A stretch of DNA of 64,000 bases from an uncultured Planctomycetia bacterium (GCA_964527555.1 CAZGOG010000005.1:5863-69862), one strand, 5' to 3'; positions 39,015 through 51,258 are shown, numbered from the stretch's first letter. Translations and numbers: made by a program. Notes: a model not told the origin generated them from the sequence alone.

Positions 39015-39494
39015 ATGCATACGAAAAAGCGCGTGACATTAACGCGGGAAGGCCGTGAGAAGATATGTAAGGAACTGGAGTTTCTTAAAGGTGAGAGGCG
39101 CCGTGAAATAGCAAAAGCTCTTGCCGAAGCCAGAGCACACGGGGATTTGAGCGAAAATGCCGAATATGATGCCGCAAAGGAAGCCCAGGCCATGAACGAA
39201 AAGAAGATCGCGCAGCTGGAACATACTTTGATGAATGCGCAGCTCATTGATAATGATGCTATGCCCAAAGACATAGCGCTTTTAGGGGCAACAGTAAAAG
39301 TGGGGGACAAAGACACCCTGGAAGAATTTGATTATATGCTTGTCTCTGAAGAGGAATCGGATCTTGATAGAAACAAAATATCCGTTTCCTCACCGGTCGG
39401 TAAAGCCCTCCTGGGGCACAGGGTAGGGGACATCGTTGAAATAGAAGTTCCGGCTGGGGCCATCAAATATGAAATTTTAAAAATCAGCCGGTAA
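39015..39494 (+). CDS. greA: Transcription elongation factor GreA
   Basis: 159 aa with an N-terminal coiled coil carrying 'DLSENAEY' and a C-terminal FKBP-like domain. Confidence 0.85.
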   Translation: MHTKKRVTLTREGREKICKELEFLKGERRREIAKALAEARAHGDLSENAEYDAAKEAQAMNEKKIAQLEHTLMNAQLIDNDAMPKDIALLGATVKVGDKDTLEEFDYMLVSEEESDLDRNKISVSSPVGKALLGHRVGDIVEIEVPAGAIKYEILKISR

Positions 39495-39620
39495 TTTACC
39501 CATGCACCAGAAGGCCACGCCCGTAAGGGCGTGGATGAATGGCCTTCGGTGCAGTCTTTCCGCTTGACGGAAAGACTGAAACTGTGGACGCCATGGGCGT
39601 TAGCCCATGGAGCTTCACAA
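39494..39620 (+). repeat. Family-1 structured intergenic repeat, copy C
   Basis: Starts at the greA stop codon and ends 25 nt before the phosphoesterase ATG. Confidence 0.85.
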
Positions 39621-39645
39621 AAAAACGGAAAGAAGGACCGTAGCA

Positions 39646-40658
39646 TGAATCTCAAGAATATAAGATGGAAGAAGCTTACTGCAATCATCCTTATCGGTAT
39701 GGTTGTCTATTCCTTTCTGCCGCTTGTTTACCTGTGGCTGATGAAAGGATCCGGTCCGGATGAGAATAATTCAAGCGCCGTAAAGAAACTCGAAAACAAT
39801 GAAGGCAGTTATTTTTCCTTTATCGTTTTTGGCGATAATCATTCCGGGCTTATCTTTAATGATGCCGCCTGTATCAAAGAGGTATGGCACATGAACAGGG
39901 AAGATCGCTTCCGGAAAGTCCCGATAGACTTTGTCCTCAGCGCGGGAGACGTCACTCTCGACGGCAAGCGTTCGCATTTTTTGACTTATAAGAAAATACA
40001 GCGCCTTATAAAATATCCGGTTATTGCGGCTATCGGCAACCATGATGACCGCGAACTTTTTGAGGAATTTTGCGGCAAGAGTGAATTCACCTTTAAAAAT
40101 CGGAATTCGTATTTTATAATTTTGGATAATGAGGCAGGCGCGCTCAGCCAAGGTCAGTTTGATTGGCTGGAGGCTGAGCTCGAAGAAGGCACAAAGTACG
40201 ATCATATTTTTATCGTTATGCACAAACCGCCTTTTGATCCTTATCAGCAGGATTGGTATAACGAGGATAATAGTCCCTGGGCGTACAGGTTCCGTAAGCT
40301 TTGCGGAAAGTACGGTGTGGATATGGTTTTTGCCGGACACAAGCATATGTTTAAACGCGAGGATTTTGACGGCGTAGATTATATCGTTACCGGTGGCGGC
40401 GGCATGCTCATTGAAATCCCTGAAGCAGATGGCGGGTACTTACATTATGTAAGGGTCATGGTAAATAATGATTACGTGACATATGAAGTAAGAAAAGTCT
40501 CGCCGCCGGTATGGGAGTATGTGACGTATTATTTCTGGAAAGAGCTCATGTACTGGATCAGGAATTTTTACGGATCCGGCTATATATTAGGAAAAAACAC
40601 GAAGATAGAACCCCTTCGAGTGCCCGGACTCAACGAACGCAAGTACTGGATAGAATAA
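39646..40658 (+). CDS. Calcineurin-like metallophosphoesterase
   Basis: 'GDNH', 'GDV', 'GNHD' and 'GHKH' motifs. The N-terminal extension in the ORF track (39531) is repeat read-through. Confidence 0.75.
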
Positions 40659-40719
40659 CTGTCTTTTTTACAAAAGACTTCTTTTCTCGGAATCAATATT
40701 GCCAATCATAAATTTTTTG

Positions 40720-40748
40720 TTGACAAAAACAACCTGTCATGATATTCT
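40720..40748 (+). promoter_or_regulatory. Sigma-70 promoter (TTGACA-N17-TATTCT)
   Basis: Read directly from the sequence, upstream of the Rrf2 regulator gene. Confidence 0.5.
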
Positions 40749-40779
40749 ACCAATTGTCTATCGAGAAATAGGAGAATAT

Positions 40780-41214
40780 ATGCTTATCGGGAAGAAAGGC
40801 TATTATTATTTGAAGGTTATACTCTTTTTTGCGTTTAGCAGGAAAGAGTCTTTTCCGATCAAGGAATTGGCGAGGAGGCTTGCGATTTCAGGAAAGGTTC
40901 TTGAACAGGTGCTGCTTTCATTGAAAAACAAGGGGCTTCTTGCGAGTAAGAGAGGGCCGCAGGGCGGATACAGGCTTTCGCGAGATATCTCGCATCTTAC
41001 CGTTATGGATATAGTGGAGATGACCGACAGAAAATTGGATATTCTTCCGATAGAGCCTTCCGGCAAGAAGAATGTCCTGGAGGATGTTCTTATGGCCCTG
41101 GAGGAAGATGTGAAGGTGCAGTTAGTGTTAAAATTCAAGGACCTTAAGATCAAAGATCTGGTAACGAGCATGAAGGAGAAAATAGCGGAAGCCGAATTAA
41201 GCTACATGATTTAA
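40780..41214 (+). CDS. Rrf2 family transcriptional regulator (CymR/IscR-like)
   Basis: Winged helix 'ELARRLAISGKVLEQVL...GPQGGYRL'. Precedes the Cys/Met biosynthesis genes. Confidence 0.7.
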   Translation: MLIGKKGYYYLKVILFFAFSRKESFPIKELARRLAISGKVLEQVLLSLKNKGLLASKRGPQGGYRLSRDISHLTVMDIVEMTDRKLDILPIEPSGKKNVLEDVLMALEEDVKVQLVLKFKDLKIKDLVTSMKEKIAEAELSYMI

Positions 41215-41238
41215 CCTTAATTGCGCTTCTAACCTTAG

Positions 41239-42570
<1,332 letters not shown>

Positions 42571-42632
42571 GATTGCCGATTTTTTCTCAAGCGGGAAGAA
42601 TCATTCCCTTCGCATGAAAAAGGAGCTTTAAG

Positions 42633-43565
42633 ATGAAGATATATGATGATATTACGCAGACCGCTGGCAATACGCCTCTAGTCAGGCTGCGCAAGATTGG
42701 TAAAGATCTGCCGGGTAGGATACTCGCCAAATTGGAGTTCTTTAATCCTTTGGCCAGTGTTAAGGATCGTATAGGAGTGGCTATGATCGAGGCAGCCGAA
42801 AGGGAAGGCAAGCTGAAAAAAAACTCAGTGATCATCGAGCCGACAAGCGGCAATACCGGGATAGCGCTTGCTTTCGTGAGTGCCGCAAAGGGATATAAGC
42901 TTGTGCTTACGATGCCTGATACGATGAGCGTTGAAAGGCGCGCTCTTTTGAAGATACTGGGAGCAGAGCTTGTTCTTACTCCGGGTGAAAAAGGCATGAA
43001 GGGCGCAGTTGAAAAAGCGGAAGAGCTGGCCAAAAAGATGCCGGACTCTTTTATGCCCCAACAGTTTGAAAATGAGGCGAATCCCGAAGCACACAGAAGG
43101 ACCACCGCAAAAGAAATATGGGACGACACCGACGGGGAAGTGGATATTTTCGTGGCCGGGATCGGCACGGGGGGAACCATTACCGGTGTGGGGGAGGCAC
43201 TTAAGAAGAACAAGCCTCGAGTGAAGCTTATAGGCGTTGAACCCGAAGCTTCGGCGGTTCTTTCCGGGGGAGAACCCGGTCCGCACAAGATACAGGGTAT
43301 TGGAGCGGGGTTTATTCCTAAGGTCTTGAAAAAAGAGCTGATAGATGAGATAATAACCATTTCCGATGATGATGCGGGAAAATACGCCAGGCTCCTCGCA
43401 AGAGAAGAAGGGCTCCTGGTGGGGATATCCGCCGGAGCGAACGTGGCGGCTGCTGTAAAAGTGGCTTCCAGGGAAGAAAACAAGGATAAAAATATAGTCG
43501 TGATTCTTCCGGATTCCGGCGAAAGGTATTTAAGTACGTGGTTGTTTAAAGATTATTTGGACTAA
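42633..43565 (+). CDS. cysK: Cysteine synthase A
   Basis: 'SVKDR' PLP lysine motif and 'TSGNTG'. Confidence 0.9.
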   Translation: MKIYDDITQTAGNTPLVRLRKIGKDLPGRILAKLEFFNPLASVKDRIGVAMIEAAEREGKLKKNSVIIEPTSGNTGIALAFVSAAKGYKLVLTMPDTMSVERRALLKILGAELVLTPGEKGMKGAVEKAEELAKKMPDSFMPQQFENEANPEAHRRTTAKEIWDDTDGEVDIFVAGIGTGGTITGVGEALKKNKPRVKLIGVEPEASAVLSGGEPGPHKIQGIGAGFIPKVLKKELIDEIITISDDDAGKYARLLAREEGLLVGISAGANVAAAVKVASREENKDKNIVVILPDSGERYLSTWLFKDYLD

Positions 43566-43590
43566 ACAGAGTTTTTTAAAAGGTGGGAAC

Positions 43591-44745
43591 ATGCCCCAAA
43601 GAGCTAAAAAAGAAAAAGAAGGACTAGGGATAGTCCAGACACAATACTACAATGCACCCAAGGATGAGAAGTTCCTCATGGAGAGCGGAGCTTCTTTTTC
43701 GGAGCTAAAAATCGCCTATGAGACTTACGGGAAGTTAAACAGCCGTAAGAACAATGCCGTCCTTATATGTCATGCGCTTTCGGGGGATGCCCATGCGGCG
43801 GGATATCACGCGGGCGAAAAGAAGCCCGGATGGTGGGATGATATGATCGGTCCGGAAAAGGCTTTCGACACAAACAAATATTTTGTCGTCTCCTCCAACA
43901 TAATCGGCGGCTGTAAGGGCTCAAGCGGCCCCAATTCGATTAATCCCTCGACGGGCAAACCTTACGCCTTGAGTTTTCCGATCGTCTCCGTCGTGGACAT
44001 GGTGAATGCACAGAAAAAGTTATTGGATTTTTTGGGGGTCAAGAAATTGCTTTCTGTCTGCGGCGGGTCTATGGGGGGGATGCAGGCCCTGCAATGGGCA
44101 GTATCGTATCCGGAGGAAGTCGTCTCCTGTATCCCGATAGCTACCACGTATAAACATTCTGCCCAGCAGATAGCCTTTGATGAAGTGGGGCGCCAGGCGA
44201 TAATGGCGGATCCTGCATGGAACGGCGGCGATTATTACGAAAAACAATGTCCTTCGGCGGGGCTGGCTGTTGCAAGGATGATAGGACATATTACGTATAT
44301 GAGCAATGAGTCTATGGAGAAAAAATTCGGCAGGGTGCTTAAAAAGAAGGAACTGGGATATGAGTTTTCCACGGAATTTGAAGTGGAGGGTTACCTCCGC
44401 TACAGGGGGGATAACTTTGTAAAAAGGTTCGATGCCAACAGTTACCTTTATATAACTAAAGCTATGGACTATTTTGACCTTCAGAAGGACCAGAAATTAT
44501 ACCATGCTTTTAAAGATATAAAGACGAGGTTTTTAGTCATTGCTTTTAGCTCGGACTGGCTTTATCCGCCGGCGCAGTCGAAAGAAATCGTCAGGGCTCT
44601 TAAGATGAACGGTATAGATGTCACATATTGCGAAATAAGCTCCGATTACGGGCATGACGCGTTTCTTCTTGAGTTTCAAGAAGAAACGAAGTTGATTAAA
44701 CACTTCCTGGATAATACCCACAAGAAACTGGAAAGGAAGAAATGA
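43591..44745 (+). CDS. metX: Homoserine O-acetyltransferase
   Basis: Alpha/beta hydrolase with the MetX-conserved N-terminus; followed by metW. Confidence 0.85.
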   Translation: MPQRAKKEKEGLGIVQTQYYNAPKDEKFLMESGASFSELKIAYETYGKLNSRKNNAVLICHALSGDAHAAGYHAGEKKPGWWDDMIGPEKAFDTNKYFVVSSNIIGGCKGSSGPNSINPSTGKPYALSFPIVSVVDMVNAQKKLLDFLGVKKLLSVCGGSMGGMQALQWAVSYPEEVVSCIPIATTYKHSAQQIAFDEVGRQAIMADPAWNGGDYYEKQCPSAGLAVARMIGHITYMSNESMEKKFGRVLKKKELGYEFSTEFEVEGYLRYRGDNFVKRFDANSYLYITKAMDYFDLQKDQKLYHAFKDIKTRFLVIAFSSDWLYPPAQSKEIVRALKMNGIDVTYCEISSDYGHDAFLLEFQEETKLIKHFLDNTHKKLERKK

Positions 44746-45344
44746 TAAGTAAGAGCAAGGAAGAGTTGAGACTCGATCATAAGGTTATCGGGGACATGAT
44801 AGAAAATGGTTCCACGGTGCTTGATTTGGGCTGCGGTAGCGGTGAGCTTCTGGAGTATCTTGCGAGTAGTAAAGATGTAAAGGGCAGCGGCGTGGAGATA
44901 AGCGAAGAAGCCATCTACAGATGCGTGGAAAAAGGGCTCAGCGTATCCCACGGCGATATAGATTCGGGACTTAAAGAATATCCTGATCACCTTTTTGATT
45001 ATGTGATTTTTAATCAGACAATGCAGCAGGTACACAGGCCCAAGGAAGCTATAAGAGAAGCCTTGAGGGTAGGCAAGAAGGTCATAATAGGGTTTCCGAA
45101 TTTCTGTTATATAAAAGCGAGGTTGCAGCTCTTTTTCGGGGGGCATGTCCCGGTGACCCCTTCGTTGCCGTACACCTGGTATGATACCCCTAACCTTCAC
45201 TTTTTAAGTATCAAGGATTTTACGAATTTTTGCGCTCAAGAGAAAATAAAAACCGAGAAAAAAGTGTTTCTTGCTGAAAAAAGTATTGTAAAGTTCATGC
45301 CGAATATTTTTGCTCTTAATGCCGTTTTTCAGATCTCCCGATAG
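44742..45344 (+). CDS. metW: Methionine biosynthesis protein MetW
   Basis: Methyltransferase-like 'VLDLGCGSG'. Overlaps the metX stop. Confidence 0.75.
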   Translation: MISKSKEELRLDHKVIGDMIENGSTVLDLGCGSGELLEYLASSKDVKGSGVEISEEAIYRCVEKGLSVSHGDIDSGLKEYPDHLFDYVIFNQTMQQVHRPKEAIREALRVGKKVIIGFPNFCYIKARLQLFFGGHVPVTPSLPYTWYDTPNLHFLSIKDFTNFCAQEKIKTEKKVFLAEKSIVKFMPNIFALNAVFQISR

Positions 45345-45395
45345 TAGAAGTGAACAAATAGTGTTATTTGGACCCGAAAACCCGTATTCATCTAC

Positions 45396-48300
45396 ATGGA
45401 TGCCTTCCAAAAGTATTACAAGAGTTTAAACAGTCAGCAGAGAAAAGCCGCCGGTACCACCGATGGCGCGGTCCTGGTGCTTGCCGGTCCCGGTACCGGC
45501 AAGACGCAGCTACTTTCTATCCGAACCGCCAACATTATCAGGCAAAATAAAGCTAAGGCGGAGAATATCCTCATCCTTACATTTACAAACGCAGCCGCTA
45601 GAGCCATGCGGCAAAGGCTTGCCTCAGTCATAGGACATGACGGATACAACGTGGAAGTTGAGACATTTCACAGTTTTGCCAACTCTATAGTCCTGGAATC
45701 GGAAGGCGCCATCAAATACGTCAAGGACAGGATAGAGATGAGCGAGGTCGAAAAAGTCAGAGCCATAGAATATATCCTGGATAACGTTAAAGGCGCCGAA
45801 GTCCTAAGGCCTTTCGGCTCGCCCTATATCCACCGCAAGGAGATCGAGAAAAGGATCAGCGAACTTAAGAATGAAGGGATAACACCGGAAGACTTTAACA
45901 GCAGCCTGAAAGATCTAAAAGCGGACGGCATAAATCTGGAAGAGAGGCATATCACGCGCCTCAACGCGCTTAGCATTATTTACGAAAATTATGAGAAGTT
46001 AAAGGACGAAAAGTCTCTCGTTCTTTTTGATGAAAGAGGCCGGATAGATTATGACGACATGATACTTATCGCTTTAGACGCCTTAAAAAAGGATGAGGAG
46101 CTCCGGAAGCTTTTCAGGAAAGAGTACAAGTACGTAATGGTCGATGAATACCAGGACACCAACGGCGCGCAGCTGGAACTGCTTTTTGCTATTTTGGACC
46201 CGGTCTCCTGCAATGTCTGTTGCGTTGGTGACGATGACCAGGCGATTTACCGTTTCCAGGGCGCTACTTTAGCGAATTTCCGCGAACTTAAGAAGAGGCT
46301 TCCCGCTCTTGAGACGATCAAGCTTACGGATAATTATCGGTCGACCGGCCGCTTAATAGAACTGACGGACAAGATAATCCGGCAGCTTCCCGAGAAAGAA
46401 CGCATAGCCGTAAAAAATCTTACGTCTTGCGCGCATTATAATAACGACGGCATCCGTTTTCTGGAATTTTTGACCGAAGAAGAAGAACTTGCCTTCCTGG
46501 TGGAAGAGGTGAAGAAGCAGGCGGACATTATCAAAAAGGACAAATCGCTTTCGGCCGAAGAGAGAGAAAAACCTTTTAATAATATTGCCGTATTGGTACG
46601 CAAAAGAGAACAAATATTACGCGTTATAGATGCGTTTTTGAAAGCCGGAGTGCCTTATGCCACGGATGGAGAGGAAGACATAAGACAGGAGAGGCGCGTA
46701 AGACAGATGCTTGATGTGCTCGAACTTGCCAGAGCGAGTGCCGCAACTAACGAGAGAAAGTCTCTTGTGCTTTATAAGGTTCTTACATCCGATTATATTG
46801 ATGCCTCACAGACGGACATATTAAAATTTATCAGTTTCATCGAGGGCCTCAGGCGTTCTCGGAAGGCAAACGGTATCGATGATTACCGCTCATGTAATTT
46901 TTTCGAGATATTCGTTGAACGTTTCGCCAGGTTTGAAAAAAACGCCGACGGTGGGAATCTTATGCCTTCCGGCAGTGAATCAAGCGCCCTTGGGATTGCC
47001 CGCGAACTGAAACTTGAAAACCCCTGCGCTTTGCATAAGGCAGCATGGGCGATAAACAGGCTTCTCGCCGATAGCGGCAGTCGCCCCGTTCACGATGTGC
47101 TTATGAGGTACATAAGCGACGTGAATCTATACAGATTTATTTTGAAGAGGTACGAAAAAGACCAAGTCATCCGCATAAGGGATTTAAGGGCTTTAGTCTC
47201 TTTTATCAACATGGTCAAAGAGGCGGATATGGCTAACCCGGCTTTGGGACTTGATGAATTTATGGAAGAGCTGAGCTTGAGAGAAATGCACGGTATGCCC
47301 GTTAAAGGGGAGCTTGCCACCCTCAGCCAGGATGGGGTGCGTCTTTATACCGCGCATAAGTCAAAGGGGCTTGAGTTCTATACCGTATTTATGCCGTTCT
47401 GTCTTGAACAGAAAAGCTGGCCGGTCCGCAAAAAAGCGGAGACGGTGCCGCTCCCTCCGGAGATATGCAGGAGCAAAGAGAGGGCGACTGAAAAAGAGAC
47501 GCTGAAGCTTCTTAATAGATATGATGAACTGCGCCTTTTCTATGTAGCGTCTACCAGAGCTAAAGCATATCTTATCTATACGGCCACCCCACGCGAAAAA
47601 GTCGTAATAAGCCAGTTTTTAAGCTACATAGGCATGGAGCCTGTCTCTGGGGCGCCGCCGGAGGAAGAGGAGTTTCTCGGTGAGTACCTGCAAAGAACGA
47701 AGGATAGAGACCCGCTTGAGAATATCTCGGATGCAGTGCAAGATATTGTTACGAATCTTTCATTAAACCCCACCAGCCTTAATAATTACATAACCTGCAG
47801 GAGAAAGTTCCTCTACGATAACGTACTGCGTCTTCCGGGCAGGAAGAACCAGCACCTAGTTTTTGGTAACTGCGCACACAAGGCCCTTGAAGAGGTGTAC
47901 ACATCTTTCATGGATAATGGGAAATTTCCTTCCTTTGTGTTTTTTAAGGATGCATTCAAGAAAGAACTGGAGTACCAGGGCTCAACTAGCGAGATAAAGA
48001 CCTGGTGTCTGGACAGGCTGGAGACCTTGAGCAAGTGGTACGCCGTTTCTGCAAAATCCCCGGTAATGCCCATGGACCTTGAAAATAAACTGGAAATTCA
48101 TATTCCGGAGGGGCCTCTATTCAAGGGTACGTTTGATAAGATAGAGGCGGATGCCGCGGGAGGCATCCGCGTGATAGATTATAAGACCGGCAAGCCCGAT
48201 AAGCATATAAAGGCTATAGCCAATTGCAAGGATCTTTCGAAGTATGCGTGTGACGATTATTACCGGCAGCTCGTAGCGTACAAGATGCTGTATGAAGCTT

Positions 48301-48572
48301 CCCGTTCGGTAAGGGAACAGAAGTCTGTCACCAAAGGCGTAATCCAGTTTTTGGAACCGGTATCAGAGACCGTAAAAAAATACAGCATGGAAAAAGGCAC
48401 ATACAGCGATATCACCGTCGATCTTACGGATGAGATGGTTAAGGAGCTTAAAAATGTTATAATGGATTGCTGGAATAATATACAGGCGCTTAAGTTCGAG
48501 AAGTTGCCGGAAAGAGACGATAAAGACAGGTGCGCCCGGTGTGAATATGACTCTATTTGCTGGCAGAGGTAA
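45396..48572 (+). CDS. UvrD/PcrA-type helicase fused to a C-terminal PD-(D/E)XK Fe-S nuclease (AddA/Cas4-like)
   Basis: Walker A 'AGPGTGKTQ' and UvrD motifs. The C-terminus carries 'C...CARCEYDSIC' (C-x2-C-x5-C). Confidence 0.75.
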   Translation: MDAFQKYYKSLNSQQRKAAGTTDGAVLVLAGPGTGKTQLLSIRTANIIRQNKAKAENILILTFTNAAARAMRQRLASVIGHDGYNVEVETFHSFANSIVLESEGAIKYVKDRIEMSEVEKVRAIEYILDNVKGAEVLRPFGSPYIHRKEIEKRISELKNEGITPEDFNSSLKDLKADGINLEERHITRLNALSIIYENYEKLKDEKSLVLFDERGRIDYDDMILIALDALKKDEELRKLFRKEYKYVMVDEYQDTNGAQLELLFAILDPVSCNVCCVGDDDQAIYRFQGATLANFRELKKRLPALETIKLTDNYRSTGRLIELTDKIIRQLPEKERIAVKNLTSCAHYNNDGIRFLEFLTEEEELAFLVEEVKKQADIIKKDKSLSAEEREKPFNNIAVLVRKREQILRVIDAFLKAGVPYATDGEEDIRQERRVRQMLDVLELARASAATNERKSLVLYKVLTSDYIDASQTDILKFISFIEGLRRSRKANGIDDYRSCNFFEIFVERFARFEKNADGGNLMPSGSESSALGIARELKLENPCALHKAAWAINRLLADSGSRPVHDVLMRYISDVNLYRFILKRYEKDQVIRIRDLRALVSFINMVKEADMANPALGLDEFMEELSLREMHGMPVKGELATLSQDGVRLYTAHKSKGLEFYTVFMPFCLEQKSWPVRKKAETVPLPPEICRSKERATEKETLKLLNRYDELRLFYVASTRAKAYLIYTATPREKVVISQFLSYIGMEPVSGAPPEEEEFLGEYLQRTKDRDPLENISDAVQDIVTNLSLNPTSLNNYITCRRKFLYDNVLRLPGRKNQHLVFGNCAHKALEEVYTSFMDNGKFPSFVFFKDAFKKELEYQGSTSEIKTWCLDRLETLSKWYAVSAKSPVMPMDLENKLEIHIPEGPLFKGTFDKIEADAAGGIRVIDYKTGKPDKHIKAIANCKDLSKYACDDYYRQLVAYKMLYEASRSVREQKSVTKGVIQFLEPVSETVKKYSMEKGTYSDITVDLTDEMVKELKNVIMDCWNNIQALKFEKLPERDDKDRCARCEYDSICWQR

Positions 48573-48573
48573 A

Positions 48574-48751
48574 GCTTATGGTTCGACTCACTTCGTTCGC
48601 TCACCATTAATCTGCGGGGAAAGATATTTTGGACTTAGAACGAAGGAACACCACGGATGTTAATTCGTGGATGCAGAACTATATCGACCGAAGGTCGCAA
48701 AGGGATGAACCACGGACGTGAATCCGTAGAGATTCATAAGGAGAGATGACC
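48574..48751 (+). ncRNA. Family-2 conserved leader element, copy 2 (candidate cis-regulatory RNA)
   Basis: Begins 2 nt after the helicase stop and ends at the yhaM start. Confidence 0.55.
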
Positions 48752-49765
48752 ATGGAAAAGAGATTTATTTCCGATCTAAAAGTTAATGAGAAAATAGACA
48801 CGATTTTTATATTGAGAAAAAAGAACCTCAAGCTTACCAAATACGATAAGCCGTACCTGGAGATGTCTTTCCAGGATAAGACGGGGAAGATCGAGGGGCG
48901 CCTCTGGGATGATGCCGATAAGTTCAACGAGGCGGCTGAAACCGGCGAGGCCGTGAGGGTGAAAGGGGTAGTCGATAAGTACCGTGACGAAAAACAGCTT
49001 AAAGTCGATTCCATAGCCAAGGCCGATGAACGCAGTTTCAAGTATGAGGATATGGTCCGCGTTGCGGAGAATAGAGACGGGATCTACCGGGACATCATCA
49101 AGTATTTAGAGGAAACAAAAAATCCCTGGCTGCGCAAATTGGCGGAGGAGTTTACCGGAGACGGAAGTCTCATGGCTCTCTTTAAAGACGGGTTGGGGGG
49201 CAAGGCATGGCATAATGCTTATATAGGCGGGCTTATGGAGCACACATATGAAGTCATGTATATAGTGAGAGAGATGTGCAAACTTTACCCTATGGCGGAT
49301 AAGGATATTGCCGTTATGGGCGCATTTATACATGATATAGGCAAGGTGTTCGAGTTGGATCCGAAGAAGCTGGAATATACAATCGATGGGGGCTTGCTCG
49401 GCCATATCGCTATAGGGCACAAGATCTTCATGAAGAAAATCGACAGCATACCGGACTTTCCCGGGGATCTCAGCCTGCGGCTTGAACACATTGTTCTTAG
49501 CCATCACGGCGAGTATGAGCAGCAATCCCCGGTTCTTCCCAAGACACTTGAAGCTACTATCGTGTACCAGGTTGATGAACTGGTCTCCCAGGCGAATGCG
49601 ATCAAAGAGATTCAGATATCGCAGAGGGAAGAGGGTAAAATCTGGAGTGATTTCGTCTCGATCAAGAACAGAAAATATTATATTAAAAGCGCTGAGGATG
49701 AAGACTGGATGCGTGAAGTTTCCGGTGATGAGGAGAAGACTAAAAAGGACGATTTATTCGCCTGA
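48752..49765 (+). CDS. yhaM: 3'-5' exoribonuclease YhaM-like (OB fold + HD domain)
   Basis: N-terminal OB fold and HD motifs 'HNAYIGG' and 'HDIGK'. Confidence 0.75.
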   Translation: MEKRFISDLKVNEKIDTIFILRKKNLKLTKYDKPYLEMSFQDKTGKIEGRLWDDADKFNEAAETGEAVRVKGVVDKYRDEKQLKVDSIAKADERSFKYEDMVRVAENRDGIYRDIIKYLEETKNPWLRKLAEEFTGDGSLMALFKDGLGGKAWHNAYIGGLMEHTYEVMYIVREMCKLYPMADKDIAVMGAFIHDIGKVFELDPKKLEYTIDGGLLGHIAIGHKIFMKKIDSIPDFPGDLSLRLEHIVLSHHGEYEQQSPVLPKTLEATIVYQVDELVSQANAIKEIQISQREEGKIWSDFVSIKNRKYYIKSAEDEDWMREVSGDEEKTKKDDLFA

Positions 49766-50133
49766 TGAGACGGGAAGAATTTGAAAAACTTGTTACAGAA
49801 GCTCTCGAAAACCTGCCCCGCCTTTTCAAGGACAGCCTTGAAAACGTGGACGTCGTCATAGAGGATGAACCCTCGCCGGAATACCGGAAGTCTCTTGATG
49901 TAAGTCACAGGCAGCTGGTGCTGGGACTTTACCAGGGTGTGCCCCTGGCCAGAAGAAGCCATTATTACGGCATGGTGCTACCCGACAAGATCTCTATCTT
50001 TCAGAAAAACATTGAAAGGATATGCAGGACGGATGAGGAAATCATCCGCCTTGTTACACATACCATCCAGCATGAACTTGCGCATCATTTTGGGATCTCG
50101 GATAAAAGATTAAGGGATCTGGGGATATACTAA
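49765..50133 (+). CDS. Minimal zincin-like metallopeptidase (DUF1025-like)
   Basis: 'HELAHHFG' motif. Confidence 0.5.
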   Translation: MRREEFEKLVTEALENLPRLFKDSLENVDVVIEDEPSPEYRKSLDVSHRQLVLGLYQGVPLARRSHYYGMVLPDKISIFQKNIERICRTDEEIIRLVTHTIQHELAHHFGISDKRLRDLGIY

Positions 50134-50140
50134 AAGCGTA

Positions 50141-51019
50141 TTAGCTTCGCGTATTCTCGGGGGGATAGACAGTCACATTGTCGATATAGACAGGTCCTGA
50201 GTAGATCATGTTTTTTTCCGCTTCGATCCTTACCGCTATCTTACGCACGTCCGACTTGAATTTTTTATCTACTTTAGTTTTCTTCCAGTCGATACTACCC
50301 TCAGAGATGTTTGCTATTATGGTTGTCCATTCTCCCGGTTTTAGACGGATACTGCGTGACATCTCGACAAACTCCCAGCTATCGCCTGTAGAAAGTATAA
50401 TTTTGCCCCTGAGGCCTTCCGGGCATCCGGGGGGAAGGTAGACGTCTACGGTTATTGCAGCGTATTCATTGAGGTCCAGGTACTGCTGGATCTCGATAAG
50501 TGCCGCTTTCCAGTTTTCTCCCGAAAAATCCGTGTAAAGTTCCAGGCTTCCGCTACCCTTGCTGGCGAAATTACCGCACTTTTGCAGGGAACTGGCCGCA
50601 TAATCTTTTTCGTCAAATTCCCATGCCGGTATCTCCCAGCCCTCGGTGCCATTTTCAAAATCGTAAAGGTTTTTCCCGCTGGAAAGATCGGGCTGCTGCG
50701 GGGTTATATCAAGGTCGTACTTTCCGGTGGCAGCTATTTCCTTAGGAGCGGTTTCTTTGGGGCTTTTGAGCTGGGTTTGAGTACGGCTTTCCTTCCCGCG
50801 GGGTTCTACGTCGACATTTATAGAAAAAGTCACGCGGTTGCGGGTGAAGAAATACACCCCAAGGCAAATCAGGCAGACAAGAACGGCAAGGGATATGAGG
50901 ATAAGCCTGATCCGCGCGGCTTTGAGGCTTGAACTAGGGCGCTTTTTTCTCTTGCCGGAAGCAAAATACGTTTTTGAAAGTTCAAGATCTATCCTGTCGG
51001 GTGTTCTGTTTTTATCCAT
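50141..51019 (-). CDS. Membrane-anchored protein with a putative carbohydrate-binding beta-sandwich domain
   Basis: N-terminal TM helix and a 'DFENGTEGW' CBM-like motif. Confidence 0.4.
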   Translation of the reverse strand: MDKNRTPDRIDLELSKTYFASGKRKKRPSSSLKAARIRLILISLAVLVCLICLGVYFFTRNRVTFSINVDVEPRGKESRTQTQLKSPKETAPKEIAATGKYDLDITPQQPDLSSGKNLYDFENGTEGWEIPAWEFDEKDYAASSLQKCGNFASKGSGSLELYTDFSGENWKAALIEIQQYLDLNEYAAITVDVYLPPGCPEGLRGKIILSTGDSWEFVEMSRSIRLKPGEWTTIIANISEGSIDWKKTKVDKKFKSDVRKIAVRIEAEKNMIYSGPVYIDNVTVYPPENTRS

Positions 51020-51258
51020 AATATGCAGAAATGAAGGTGACCTCGTCTATACATGACCGGATGCAGCTTGATTGGCGAAACGGGATCATTCTATCACAAT
51101 TGCTATTTTATATGCATAAAAAAATGATGATTATGGGAAAAGATATTTTCGCTTTATCTATTTACAGATAATATCCGATATGCTATACTTCTAACCAAAT
51201 AGCACAACATGTATGTATTATTAGTTTTACAACCACAAAATACATGGGGGAGTGAGAG

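Noticed and set aside
39771-40346. A 191-aa minus-strand ORF
   Set aside because: It is antisense to the metallophosphoesterase gene, whose motifs are conserved.
42587-43483. A 298-aa ORF on the minus strand
   Set aside because: It is fully antisense to a clear cysK homolog. It is a low-complexity Ser/Pro/Ala-rich translation typical of a spurious antisense frame.
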